Shown here in pieces: positions 1 to 8,882 of a DNA stretch of 57,276 nucleotides (within the stretch, counting starts at the first letter, position 1; each line of letters starts with the position of its first letter). The position numbers were made by a program, and so were the translations under genes. The notes below the pieces were generated by a model. The model did not search any database. It was not told the DNA's origin and saw only the letters and a program-made list of their open reading frames with translations. This DNA is from Desulfurococcaceae archaeon (GTDB lineage Archaea; Thermoproteota; Thermoprotei_A; Sulfolobales; NBVN01): NCBI GenBank assembly GCA_020832985.1, contig JAJHRE010000003.1, forward strand, positions 1 to 57,276, given 5' to 3'.

Positions 1-447
1 TGCTAGGACTAGTAAGTCACCTAAGTTAAAACCAGTAGTAGGTGTTGTTAGTAGGTATAGTCCTGAAATAGATAGTATGAGGGCTAAGAACAACTTAATA
101 CTATACCTCCTCATGACTGTAGCTGAGTATATGTGTACGTAGATGACGCTTAAACCTGTAATGAATGCTGAGTTAGAGGCTGTAGTGTATTTAGTACCCC
201 ACCCCTGTAGCCATAAGCCTAAGGCGTAAGCTATACCTGCTAGTAAACCACCCCTAGCAGTACTGACTGAGAACCTACCTCTGTAGTAGGTGTATAGTAG
301 GTATGGTGTTAAGCCTAGAATAGCTATTAAACTCCTAACCCATGTGTAGGTATACTCGTTAACGTAGTACATGACAGTCTTAATGACTGGGAATGAAGTA
401 CCCCAAAGAACTGATGTAAGTATCAGAGCTACTAAACCCTTAAGCAT
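1..447 (-). CDS. EamA/DMT-family transporter; only the N-terminal 149 aa are present because the C-terminus runs off the window edge
   Basis: My own translation from ATG at 445-447 gives MLKGLVALILTSVLWGTSFPVIKTVMYYV... It is TM-rich, has an LWGxSF EamA-like signature, and stays open to position 1. It is absent from the ORF track because it has no stop in the window. Confidence 0.5.
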   Translation of the reverse strand, partial: MLKGLVALILTSVLWGTSFPVIKTVMYYVNEYTYTWVRSLIAILGLTPYLLYTYYRGRFSVSTARGGLLAGIAYALGLWLQGWGTKYTTASNSAFITGLSVIYVHIYSATVMRRYSIKLFLALILSISGLYLLTTPTTGFNLGDLLVLA

Positions 448-546
448 CGAGCTACTCAATACACCACACCATTAACTACCACTACTCACTTAAGACTTAA
501 GATAGTTATATTAAACATTTTTAACTTAATACTACATTAGTTTAAG

Positions 547-2136
547 GTGTTTGAAATAATACGTAAGGGTTACGTAGTAGATGTAGCTATAGTAGGTAGT
601 GGCTTAGCCGGTCTATCAACTACATACTTCCTAGACACACTCATGAGTGAGAGGGTTAGAGTAGCTATAATCTCTAAATCATCTCTAGGCTACGGTACAT
701 CAACCTACTACTCAGCAGGAGCTTTTAGATGTCCTGTTAATGGGTACTCCGTAGATGATTATATAAGGGATGTAGTTGAGGGTGGTAGGTATATTAATAA
801 GAGGTCTTTAGTTGAGTTAATAGCTTTGAAGTCTGTTAACACTATAAGGTCTTTAGAACGATTAGGTATTAGGTTTAAAGCTTCTAGAGGTACTTTAAGA
901 GTTGTTAGTGATGACCCGTTATTCCAGGGTAGGGAGTTAGTACTAGCTCTTAAGGATTACGTTGTTAAGAGACCTAACACAGTAGTTTTAGAGAATACGC
1001 ATATGTTAGACATAGTTAAATGTGGTGACGGTACGTTCAACACTGTATGTATCACTACTAACGGTGATTACGTAGTAATCACTAGTAAGGTAGTTGTCTT
1101 AGCTACTGGAGGTGCTGCTAACGTATACGTAAGGAGTGATAACCCTCAACAACTATCATGTGATGGTCATGGAGTATGTCTTAGGTTAGGACTACCTCTA
1201 ATTGATATGGAGTTCATACAGTTCTTCCCGTTAGGTATTGCAGAACCTGGGAGACCTACATTTATGATCCCATTCACTAAGGGTAGGTTAGTTAATAAGT
1301 TAGGTGAGGACATCATAGTTAAGTATGGGTTGGGGAGTCTAGGTAAGGCGATAATAGTTAACAGGGATAGACTGTCTAGGTATATGATGTTGGAGGTCAT
1401 GAAGGGGGACGGTGTTGACGGTACATTACTAATATATCCTGAGGAGAGTGATGAGGAGTTATCATCATTTGCTAATGAGTTGAGGAGGAGGTTAGGGTTA
1501 AGACCACCTATAAAGGTGTTACCAACAGCTCACTTCTCCATGGGTGGTGTTGAGGTAAGTGATGATTTAGAAACATCGATTAACGGACTCTACGTAGTTG
1601 GTGAGTTGGTAGGCGGTATCCACGGAGCTAATAGGTTAGGAGGTAATGCGTTAACCTCATGCATAGTTACTGCTGAGGTAGTAGCTAGGAGTATAACGGA
1701 CTACATAGAGAATAGGTTTAGAGGGAGTATTAGATTAAGTGATGAAGGTGTTAACCAAGTAGTTAATGAGTATAGACTTAGAGAAGGTAAGTACATACCC
1801 TCTGAAGTCAGGTCTAGAATCAGGAACTTAATGTGGTCTAAAGCAGGTGTTATAAGGAGTAATGACTCACTGAAGGAATGTATTGATGAGTTACTGAGTA
1901 TTCATGAAGAATTAGGTAAGGTCAGGATAGGGGGTCATGAAGAAGTTATTAAGTATTCAGAAATGCTAAACACACTACTCACATCAATAACTACTACATA
2001 CTCAGCACTACTAAGACGTGAGAGTAGGGGTGCACACTTCAGACTAGACTATCCAGAAGAAGACAGTAGTTGGGTTAAGAGTATAAGGATAACGTATTCA
2101 AACGGTAAATTCAATTATGAAATCTGTGAAAAATAG
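547..2136 (+). CDS. FAD-dependent oxidoreductase of the succinate dehydrogenase/fumarate reductase flavoprotein family, most like L-aspartate oxidase
   Basis: N-terminal dinucleotide-binding motif DVAIVGSGLAGLS. Also HFSMGGV and RESRGAHFRLDYPE, typical of the NadB/SdhA family. 529 aa. Confidence 0.7.
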   Translation: MFEIIRKGYVVDVAIVGSGLAGLSTTYFLDTLMSERVRVAIISKSSLGYGTSTYYSAGAFRCPVNGYSVDDYIRDVVEGGRYINKRSLVELIALKSVNTIRSLERLGIRFKASRGTLRVVSDDPLFQGRELVLALKDYVVKRPNTVVLENTHMLDIVKCGDGTFNTVCITTNGDYVVITSKVVVLATGGAANVYVRSDNPQQLSCDGHGVCLRLGLPLIDMEFIQFFPLGIAEPGRPTFMIPFTKGRLVNKLGEDIIVKYGLGSLGKAIIVNRDRLSRYMMLEVMKGDGVDGTLLIYPEESDEELSSFANELRRRLGLRPPIKVLPTAHFSMGGVEVSDDLETSINGLYVVGELVGGIHGANRLGGNALTSCIVTAEVVARSITDYIENRFRGSIRLSDEGVNQVVNEYRLREGKYIPSEVRSRIRNLMWSKAGVIRSNDSLKECIDELLSIHEELGKVRIGGHEEVIKYSEMLNTLLTSITTTYSALLRRESRGAHFRLDYPEEDSSWVKSIRITYSNGKFNYEICEK

Positions 2137-2148
2137 TATTTTAAACAT

Positions 2149-3533
2149 TTAATTGACGCTCTCAACAACTTTATCAGCAAGTACTAAACCACTACCTAAG
2201 GCATCATCATCCCAACTATACATTACATAACCTCTAACGACTGGATCGTAAACTGTAGCGTTATACCAAGTTATCTTGAAAGCTTTATCCTTAAGTAATC
2301 CCTCTATAACTGATTGGTTAAGGTCTAACCTACCATCACTTAAGTCCTTCTGAAGTGCTAGAGCTACTACACCGCTAACATGCGGTGCAGCGAATGAGGT
2401 ACCGCTTAAGTAGTAGTACTGACTTGGTACTGCCTTAATAGCTTGTAGTGGTGGATGTGCTGCTCCGTAAGGTGTGTACGGTAGTACTATATATGCTCCT
2501 GGAGCTAACACATCTAATCCCTGACCTTCAAGAGCTCTACTACTGAAGTTAGGTATGTATAATTGACCTTCAAGGTCTTCAGGAACATCAGCTAAACGCC
2601 ACCAACCATCAGTACTGAACTGACCTACCCAACCAACAGCACCTACAGATATCACTTCAGGATATGCTGCTGGGTAAACCATACCTTCAGTACCTTCATT
2701 ACCTGCAGCAGCTACTATGAAGACACCAACCTCTATAGCATAATCTATAACCTCCCTAACTAAGTCTGAAGGTGGTCCACCAACACTTAAACTAATTATT
2801 ACGGGGTTTACAATACCTGGTGGGTTAAGTACGTTACCACTTAACTTCTCTAACTCGAATAACTTAGCTATGTAGTAAATACCTGCAGCTAGGTCTGAAG
2901 TCCAACCCCAACCCTGATTACCTATTACCTTAACCGGTATTACCTTAACTCCTGGAGAGACTCCATCAACTACGTATAGATTGTAGACCTTAAACCCAAG
3001 TATTACTGCAGTGACTGCCATTCCATGACCATCACTATCAGATTCCCAAGCATTCTTATTCACAGATGCTTTAGGCCCTAAAACGCTGTAGCGAATTCCT
3101 CAGCTATACTGTCCTCGTTGAAGTAGTTCCTCCAATGTGGTTCTAACCCAGTATCTAGTACGGCTATGTAGACTCCAGAACCGTTTAACCCGTATACCTC
3201 ATGAACTGTGGGTATGTTAATCATATCTAAATTCCATGTAAGTATCCTCCCATCAAAACTACAGTTAGATGGTAATGACTCACTTAAAGGTCTTACTATA
3301 CCTGCCTTACTTACAGATTTAACATTACCTAACGTCTTAACTAAATCGTTTATTAACCCCTCACTAATTAATACTACTAACCCTCTAACCTCATCAAATC
3401 TATATACTACCTCACCACCTAACCTAGAAATTAGTTTTAGGTCATCATCACTTATATTACGGTTTAGTAAGACCTCTACTAATACGTAATTACTAGAATA
3501 CCTAATGTCTTGAGTGGATTCATAATGGATCAC
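2149..3533 (-). pseudogene. Subtilisin-like (S8) serine protease split into two ORFs by a frameshift (3078-3533 N-terminal part, 2149-3063 C-terminal part)
   Basis: The N-terminal ORF carries the catalytic Asp motif VLDTGL. The C-terminal ORF carries the His motif DGHG and the Ser motif GTSFAAPHVSG. The ORFs are in different frames (3533 mod 3 = 2, 3063 mod 3 = 0). The second frame is open only from 3099, so the shift lies in 3078-3099 at GCGTTTTAGGG. Confidence 0.75.
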
Positions 3534-3608
3534 GTTAACATTACGTAGTAGGGTTAATATCCTTTAAGTATATTAAGTCATTACTAAATCTATTAGACGG
3601 TAGTTTAT

Positions 3609-3899
3609 ATGGACGTATGTAGTGATAATACAGTATACATAGGTAGGAAGTTCTTCATGAGGTACGTATTAGCTGTTCTAATGAAGTTCAACGTCTTTAG
3701 ATGTAGTACTACAGTTATTAAGGCTAGAGGTAGTAATATATCTAGGGCTGTCTTAGTAGCTGAGGTGTCTAAGGACTTGATAGGCAGTATTAACTACTCC
3801 TCAGTAGATATAGGTAGTGTGAGTATAGAGTCTAGCGGTATTAGGAGGAGGGTATCAACTATTAAGATAGTTTTGTCTAGAGTTGGTAAGACTACCTAA
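3609..3899 (+). CDS. albA: Chromatin protein Alba (Sso10b family DNA/RNA-binding protein)
   Basis: VYIGRKFFMRYVLAV...VIKARGSNISRAVLVAEV...RRVSTIKIVL matches the Alba fold signature and is ~96 aa. Its 3' end overlaps the convergent AAA-Lon gene by 45 nt. Confidence 0.8.
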   Translation: MDVCSDNTVYIGRKFFMRYVLAVLMKFNVFRCSTTVIKARGSNISRAVLVAEVSKDLIGSINYSSVDIGSVSIESSGIRRRVSTIKIVLSRVGKTT

Positions 3900-6581
3900 C
3901 CTATCTCTTAAAATGTTGATTAACTCAGACTCACTCCTTAGGTTTAGAGCTACTAACCAAGCATCTAATTGCTTCTCAACAGGTATCACAACTATGTCGT
4001 TCTCCTCTAAGACTTTAATCTCATCACGAGACCTTAAGTAGTTCCACTTAGGCATTAAGAACTTCCTAACCCTAACCCTCTTAGTCCTTATAGCAGCTAA
4101 TATCTTACCAGAACCACGCCAGTCTAAACCACCTACAGGCCCTACACCACCCTTAATATCACACTTACCAGTCATAACTACCTCAGGACTTACAGGGATT
4201 TTAGATAGTTCTGATATTGCGGCTACGCTTAAGGCTAGACCTAAGCTAGGGCCGCTTACACCAGCCCCAGGAACACCTTCTAAAGGACTTATCACTTGAT
4301 ATCTGAAGTCGAAGTTCCTTATATCTAAGCCTATATTCATCATCACGTAATTCCTTATGTAGTCAACAACGTTTGAAGCACTCTCAACAACGCTTAAATC
4401 CTCAACAGATGTTCCAGGACCTAAAACTACGTTCTTAGCAACCCCTGTAATACTTACCTTACCGTTACCGAAGGGGTTAACACTACACTCAACTATTAAC
4501 GGTATCCCCTTCCTACCCTGAGTATCAGTACCTAAACCTACAACTACACCTGGTTCTAACCTATCCACGATTAAACTCTCCTGAATATCTATTAACTCCT
4601 TATCAATCTCCTGTTCAAGTGACTCAGCAGCCTTCTCGAAGTGGTAGAGTCTTAACTTATATTCCTCAACCCTCACATTAACCACATCTCTAATATCTGA
4701 GAGGTTTAATACCTCCTTAACCCTCATTAACTCATCCTCGTAGAACTTAAGGAGTTCCTCAAACCTAACACTGTTTAAGGAGTTCTTCAAGTCGTTAATA
4801 GCTGTTATCTCCTGAACCCTCAACCTATTAGCCTCCCTAATAACCTCAGCTATCACTCTAGGGGATACAACCCTAAACCTCTTCAAAACACTTAACACCT
4901 TCTCAGGAGTTACTTCAGGGTGTAGGTGTGGTAGGTACTGTCTTAAATGTACTTTAATAACGTCTAACCTCTCCATATCATTCCTAGGTAGTGGGATCTC
5001 AATAACGTATGGTTCAAACCTATTAATCACTGCCTCATCGATAGCGTCAATCCTATTAGTAGCGGCTATAACTATAACACCTTCTAGGGGTTGGAGACCG
5101 TCTAACTCAGTAAGTATTTGAGCTGTTAATCTATCACCTACTGGGTCACCCCTCCTCTTAGCAGCTATAACGTCGAATTCATCGAAGAACACAATACTTG
5201 GTGCGTGTCTCCTAGCAAGTGTGAATAAGTCTTTAATGTTTTTCTCAGGCTCACCAACCCACTTAGCATTAATTAGTAGTTGAGATGCTGGTACGTAGAA
5301 GAACGTTGCGTTAGCTTCCTTAGCTATAGCCTTAGTTAAGTAGGTCTTACCACAGCCAGGCTCACCATAGAGTAGTATACCTTTAGGTGGGACCCAACCA
5401 AGCTTACCTGCTAACTCAGGTCTTAAGCTAAGCATTACCAACTTAAACAGCTTATCCTTAATACCGAATAAACCGCCGATGTCTGAGTAGTTAACTGCAG
5501 GTTTGATCTGTAGTATAGTGCTTAAAACCTCAACACTCTTCTCCTGCTCTACATAACCTCTTAACTCCCTAGAAACTAGTTTAAAGTCTTCTAAAGTGAC
5601 GTTACTCCTGATTATCTCCTCAACCTTAGATGCTTTGAAGAACCTACTCAGTAACTTACCTCTTAGAGGTTCTATCTTCTTCAGATATACCTTAGTACAA
5701 GCATCTATTATATCGAATGGTGTGAGTTGGGTCTGCCTGTAAGCACTTACTGATTTCTCTAAGACGTTCATGACGTCTTCAGCCTTCAGATGAGTCCAGC
5801 CATACCTCTTAAGTTGTGAGTCAAGTACTGCTAATAACATCTCCCTAGTTATGTTTTGGTCTAAGTCTATGATGTAAGCCCTCCTCCTAATATCCTCCCT
5901 AATACTCTCAAACTTATTAGTAGCTGCTATTATGACTATCCTCTTATTAGTATCTACGATCTTATTTATATGTTCTATGAAGAGGTCCTGAACCTTAACA
6001 TCCTCCCTCTCAGCACCGTACATAGGCCTCTCAACCTTCATACCTATAGAGTGGAACTCATCTAAGAACATAACAGTAGGTGTTTCCTCAGCCCTCCTAA
6101 ATATAGCTGTTAAGTTCTTAAGTGATTGACCGTATAGTGGGTGGAAAATCTCATCACATTGTATGACCATGGGCTGGACGTTAACCCCATGTTTAAGACC
6201 GTAGATAACTGCCTCCCTCAAACACACCTCAGCAAGTAATGTCTTACCAGTCCCTGTAGCACCCTTAAGTATGAAGAACTTAGGTGGTTCCATACCCTTA
6301 AGTAAGTTTATTATTGCTTCATCCTTAATGACGTGGTAGGCTATTGCAGACATAATCATCTCGAACTCCTTATCCCTACCGACTAAGTCCTCCTTCTTCT
6401 TAGGGAATAACTTATCGAGCTCACGTAACTTCTTCTTAATCTTAGCCGGTGTTAACCTAGCATTCCTCCACTTCCTAAACTCCTTATTAGCTAGTAGTAA
6501 CGGTATGTAGAGTAAGTTCCTAAGTAACGGCCTCCTCAACCACCAGTAAGTACCTTCCTCACTCTTCATCGACGACATCAT
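3855..6581 (-). CDS. Tandem AAA+ ATPase fused to a C-terminal Lon (S16) protease domain
   Basis: Walker A 1 is GATGTGKT with Walker B MFLDEFH. Walker A 2 is GEPGCGKT with Walker B VFFDEFD and an SRH-like ATNRIDAIDEAVINRF. The C-terminus GVSGPSLGLALSVAAIS...MTGKCDIKGGVGPVGGL...GKILAA matches the Lon Ser-Lys dyad region. Confidence 0.8.
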   Translation of the reverse strand: MMSSMKSEEGTYWWLRRPLLRNLLYIPLLLANKEFRKWRNARLTPAKIKKKLRELDKLFPKKKEDLVGRDKEFEMIMSAIAYHVIKDEAIINLLKGMEPPKFFILKGATGTGKTLLAEVCLREAVIYGLKHGVNVQPMVIQCDEIFHPLYGQSLKNLTAIFRRAEETPTVMFLDEFHSIGMKVERPMYGAEREDVKVQDLFIEHINKIVDTNKRIVIIAATNKFESIREDIRRRAYIIDLDQNITREMLLAVLDSQLKRYGWTHLKAEDVMNVLEKSVSAYRQTQLTPFDIIDACTKVYLKKIEPLRGKLLSRFFKASKVEEIIRSNVTLEDFKLVSRELRGYVEQEKSVEVLSTILQIKPAVNYSDIGGLFGIKDKLFKLVMLSLRPELAGKLGWVPPKGILLYGEPGCGKTYLTKAIAKEANATFFYVPASQLLINAKWVGEPEKNIKDLFTLARRHAPSIVFFDEFDVIAAKRRGDPVGDRLTAQILTELDGLQPLEGVIVIAATNRIDAIDEAVINRFEPYVIEIPLPRNDMERLDVIKVHLRQYLPHLHPEVTPEKVLSVLKRFRVVSPRVIAEVIREANRLRVQEITAINDLKNSLNSVRFEELLKFYEDELMRVKEVLNLSDIRDVVNVRVEEYKLRLYHFEKAAESLEQEIDKELIDIQESLIVDRLEPGVVVGLGTDTQGRKGIPLIVECSVNPFGNGKVSITGVAKNVVLGPGTSVEDLSVVESASNVVDYIRNYVMMNIGLDIRNFDFRYQVISPLEGVPGAGVSGPSLGLALSVAAISELSKIPVSPEVVMTGKCDIKGGVGPVGGLDWRGSGKILAAIRTKRVRVRKFLMPKWNYLRSRDEIKVLEENDIVVIPVEKQLDAWLVALNLRSESELINILRDRLGSLTNSRQNYLNS

Positions 6582-7365
6582 ACCACCCCTTCCACTTACA
6601 TATCTGGTAGGCTAAGGCACTAACTAACAACGCTATAAACGGTGTTAACAACCATGAGAACTCAAACGATGTTGTCTTATAAGTAATACTCATGTATATG
6701 GATGTACCTATAGTTAGTATAGTTGATAATATAAACGATATTAATGAGCTGTAGAGTAGGTACCTAACAATAACAGCTATAGATTCTTGAACCCCCCACC
6801 TATCCCTCTTAATCCTTGAGTAATCCCTAACATCAAGTACTGCTGAAGTTATGAATAAACTAGTAGTCAGTGCTAGAACTGCTAAACTCCATATAGGGGT
6901 ACTTAAGTATATAGGTACTTGAGGTAAGGTCCTCACACTACCTGTAAAGTTATTTAATAAGTTGAATGTTAGCTGTATAGTGACGTTAGGTGGGCAGTTA
7001 ATAGTTTCTGTAGAGTACCTACCCCCACTAACTATAGTTATGTTAGCTGTGAAGGGGCTTACAGAGTATAGAGCTACTAAGTACTTATACGTACTATCTA
7101 TTAATTGCTTAGTCACTCTAACGTAAACAACACCGCTGTAGACACCCTCCTTAGAGGTATTACCTACCCTAACGTCGAAGCTCTCAGGTGGTAGTTGAGA
7201 TGTTAGTACGTAGACCTCCTCACTCCCGAAGTAATTTAATACAATACCATCACCTACAGATGATAGGTAAACATCTTTTTGAATCACCATAACATTAGCT
7301 ACGTTTGCAATGGCTAACACATATATTATTAGGGTTAATACCTTCAACGTTGTTGAGGGTATCAT
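6559..7365 (-). CDS. Membrane protein of unknown function (N-terminal signal/anchor, beta-rich exo-domain, ~4 C-terminal TM helices), upstream of and overlapping the AAA-Lon gene
   Basis: Hydrophobic N-terminus LKVLTLIIYVLAIANV and C-terminal TM segments. Its 3' end overlaps the AAA-Lon start by 23 nt on the same strand. Confidence 0.55.
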   Translation of the reverse strand: MIPSTTLKVLTLIIYVLAIANVANVMVIQKDVYLSSVGDGIVLNYFGSEEVYVLTSQLPPESFDVRVGNTSKEGVYSGVVYVRVTKQLIDSTYKYLVALYSVSPFTANITIVSGGRYSTETINCPPNVTIQLTFNLLNNFTGSVRTLPQVPIYLSTPIWSLAVLALTTSLFITSAVLDVRDYSRIKRDRWGVQESIAVIVRYLLYSSLISFILSTILTIGTSIYMSITYKTTSFEFSWLLTPFIALLVSALAYQICKWKGWYDVVDEE

Positions 7366-7436
7366 TCCCTTTACTACACACCAAGTATTACTAGGTAACC
7401 CACAATTTAAACTATATTAAGTGATGACTTAAATCA

Positions 7437-8879
7437 CTAATCTGTTTGAGGTGTAGCTACTGCTAAGCCTAGGATTACATGCGGTACTAACCACGTAATC
7501 ACTAATAACACTATAATTATGATTAGGCTTAAACTCATAGTTAGGGGTAGTTCAAACCCACTAACTTCAGGTTTTGGAGTTCCGAAGACTACATACTTAA
7601 TTACTCTAACACCGTAAGCTAAGGAGAAGACCGTAGTTATCGACGCCACAATCGATAATATGTAGAACTCCGTCCCTAAGTACGTAGCACTTCTTAGAAT
7701 TGATGATATTATTAAGAGTTTAGATATGAATCCTGCGAATGGTGGTAGACCAGCTAAGCTTAAGAACCCGACTATGAAGGCTATACCGCATAACTTACAA
7801 GTACGTAGGACACCACTAACTAATTTAATATTCCTGATGTTCAACACGTAAATAAGTACTCCTGAAGCTAGGAAGAGTAGTGCTTTAGAGTAAGCATGTG
7901 CTAGGTAATGGTATGAGAATGCAGCATTACTTAATACGTAGTCATGTATTGATAACGCTAACGTTAAGTAACCCATATGACTAATGCTTGAGTACGCTAA
8001 GATCCTCTTAATATCATCCTCAACTAACGCCCCAATACCTCCGTAAACTATAGATGCTATACCCCATATCAAGATAATCATTAAGAACTCATTAGTAGGT
8101 ATTAAAGGTTTTAAAATCCTTAAAACTCCATAACCACCTAAACCTATAATCAATGGACTTAAGACAGCACTGAAAGGTGTTGGGGCTTCAGCATGTGTTA
8201 GTGGTAGCCATAGATGTACTCCAGCAAGACCCATCTTAATAGCGAATCCTATAAGTAATGTGTAGAGTATCCATGACGGTATATCCTGAGTTAAGCTTAG
8301 GTTGAATGAGAGTGTGTCTAGATGTACGTAAACACCTACTAAACCAACTATTATTAGTAGAGAACCTACTAAAGACCATACTAAGTAAGTAAGTGATATG
8401 TTGATACGGTTACCGTAACCGTAGAAGTAGACTAAAGCCCATGAAGTCAGTACTAGTAATTCGTAGAACACTATAAACGTTATCATGTTATACGATAGTA
8501 ACACACCTAATATACTAGCAGTGTTGAGTAGTAGTAATCCGTAGTAGAGGTTTAACGGTGTACCTACCTCCTCAACCCTATGCCTCATATACGTTGATGA
8601 GTATAGGTATATAGAGGGTAGAAGAGTTAACGTAGTTATCAGTAAGACTACGTTAACATTATCAATATGTAGTGAGAAGGAATACTCTACATGTTCGTGG
8701 ACGCTTACCTCCACATAATTCTCAACTATTGGTAAATCCCTAAACAGTAGAATTGTGAGTAAGTATGTAAGTGTTAGTATTATTGATGAAGTACTTAAGT
8801 AATGGATTAACCTATCATTACGTACGTTGAAAACTATGAATGCAGTGATTGCGGGTATGAGTATTAACTCTATGACCAT
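7437..8879 (-). CDS. Proton-conducting antiporter-like subunit (NuoN/NuoM / MrpD family)
   Basis: 480 aa polytopic membrane protein with the WLPxxHAEAPTP motif (LWLPLTHAEAPTPFSAVLS) typical of complex I antiporter-like subunits. Confidence 0.75.
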   Translation of the reverse strand: MVIELILIPAITAFIVFNVRNDRLIHYLSTSSIILTLTYLLTILLFRDLPIVENYVEVSVHEHVEYSFSLHIDNVNVVLLITTLTLLPSIYLYSSTYMRHRVEEVGTPLNLYYGLLLLNTASILGVLLSYNMITFIVFYELLVLTSWALVYFYGYGNRINISLTYLVWSLVGSLLIIVGLVGVYVHLDTLSFNLSLTQDIPSWILYTLLIGFAIKMGLAGVHLWLPLTHAEAPTPFSAVLSPLIIGLGGYGVLRILKPLIPTNEFLMIILIWGIASIVYGGIGALVEDDIKRILAYSSISHMGYLTLALSIHDYVLSNAAFSYHYLAHAYSKALLFLASGVLIYVLNIRNIKLVSGVLRTCKLCGIAFIVGFLSLAGLPPFAGFISKLLIISSILRSATYLGTEFYILSIVASITTVFSLAYGVRVIKYVVFGTPKPEVSGFELPLTMSLSLIIIIVLLVITWLVPHVILGLAVATPQTD

Positions 8880-8882
8880 GGA

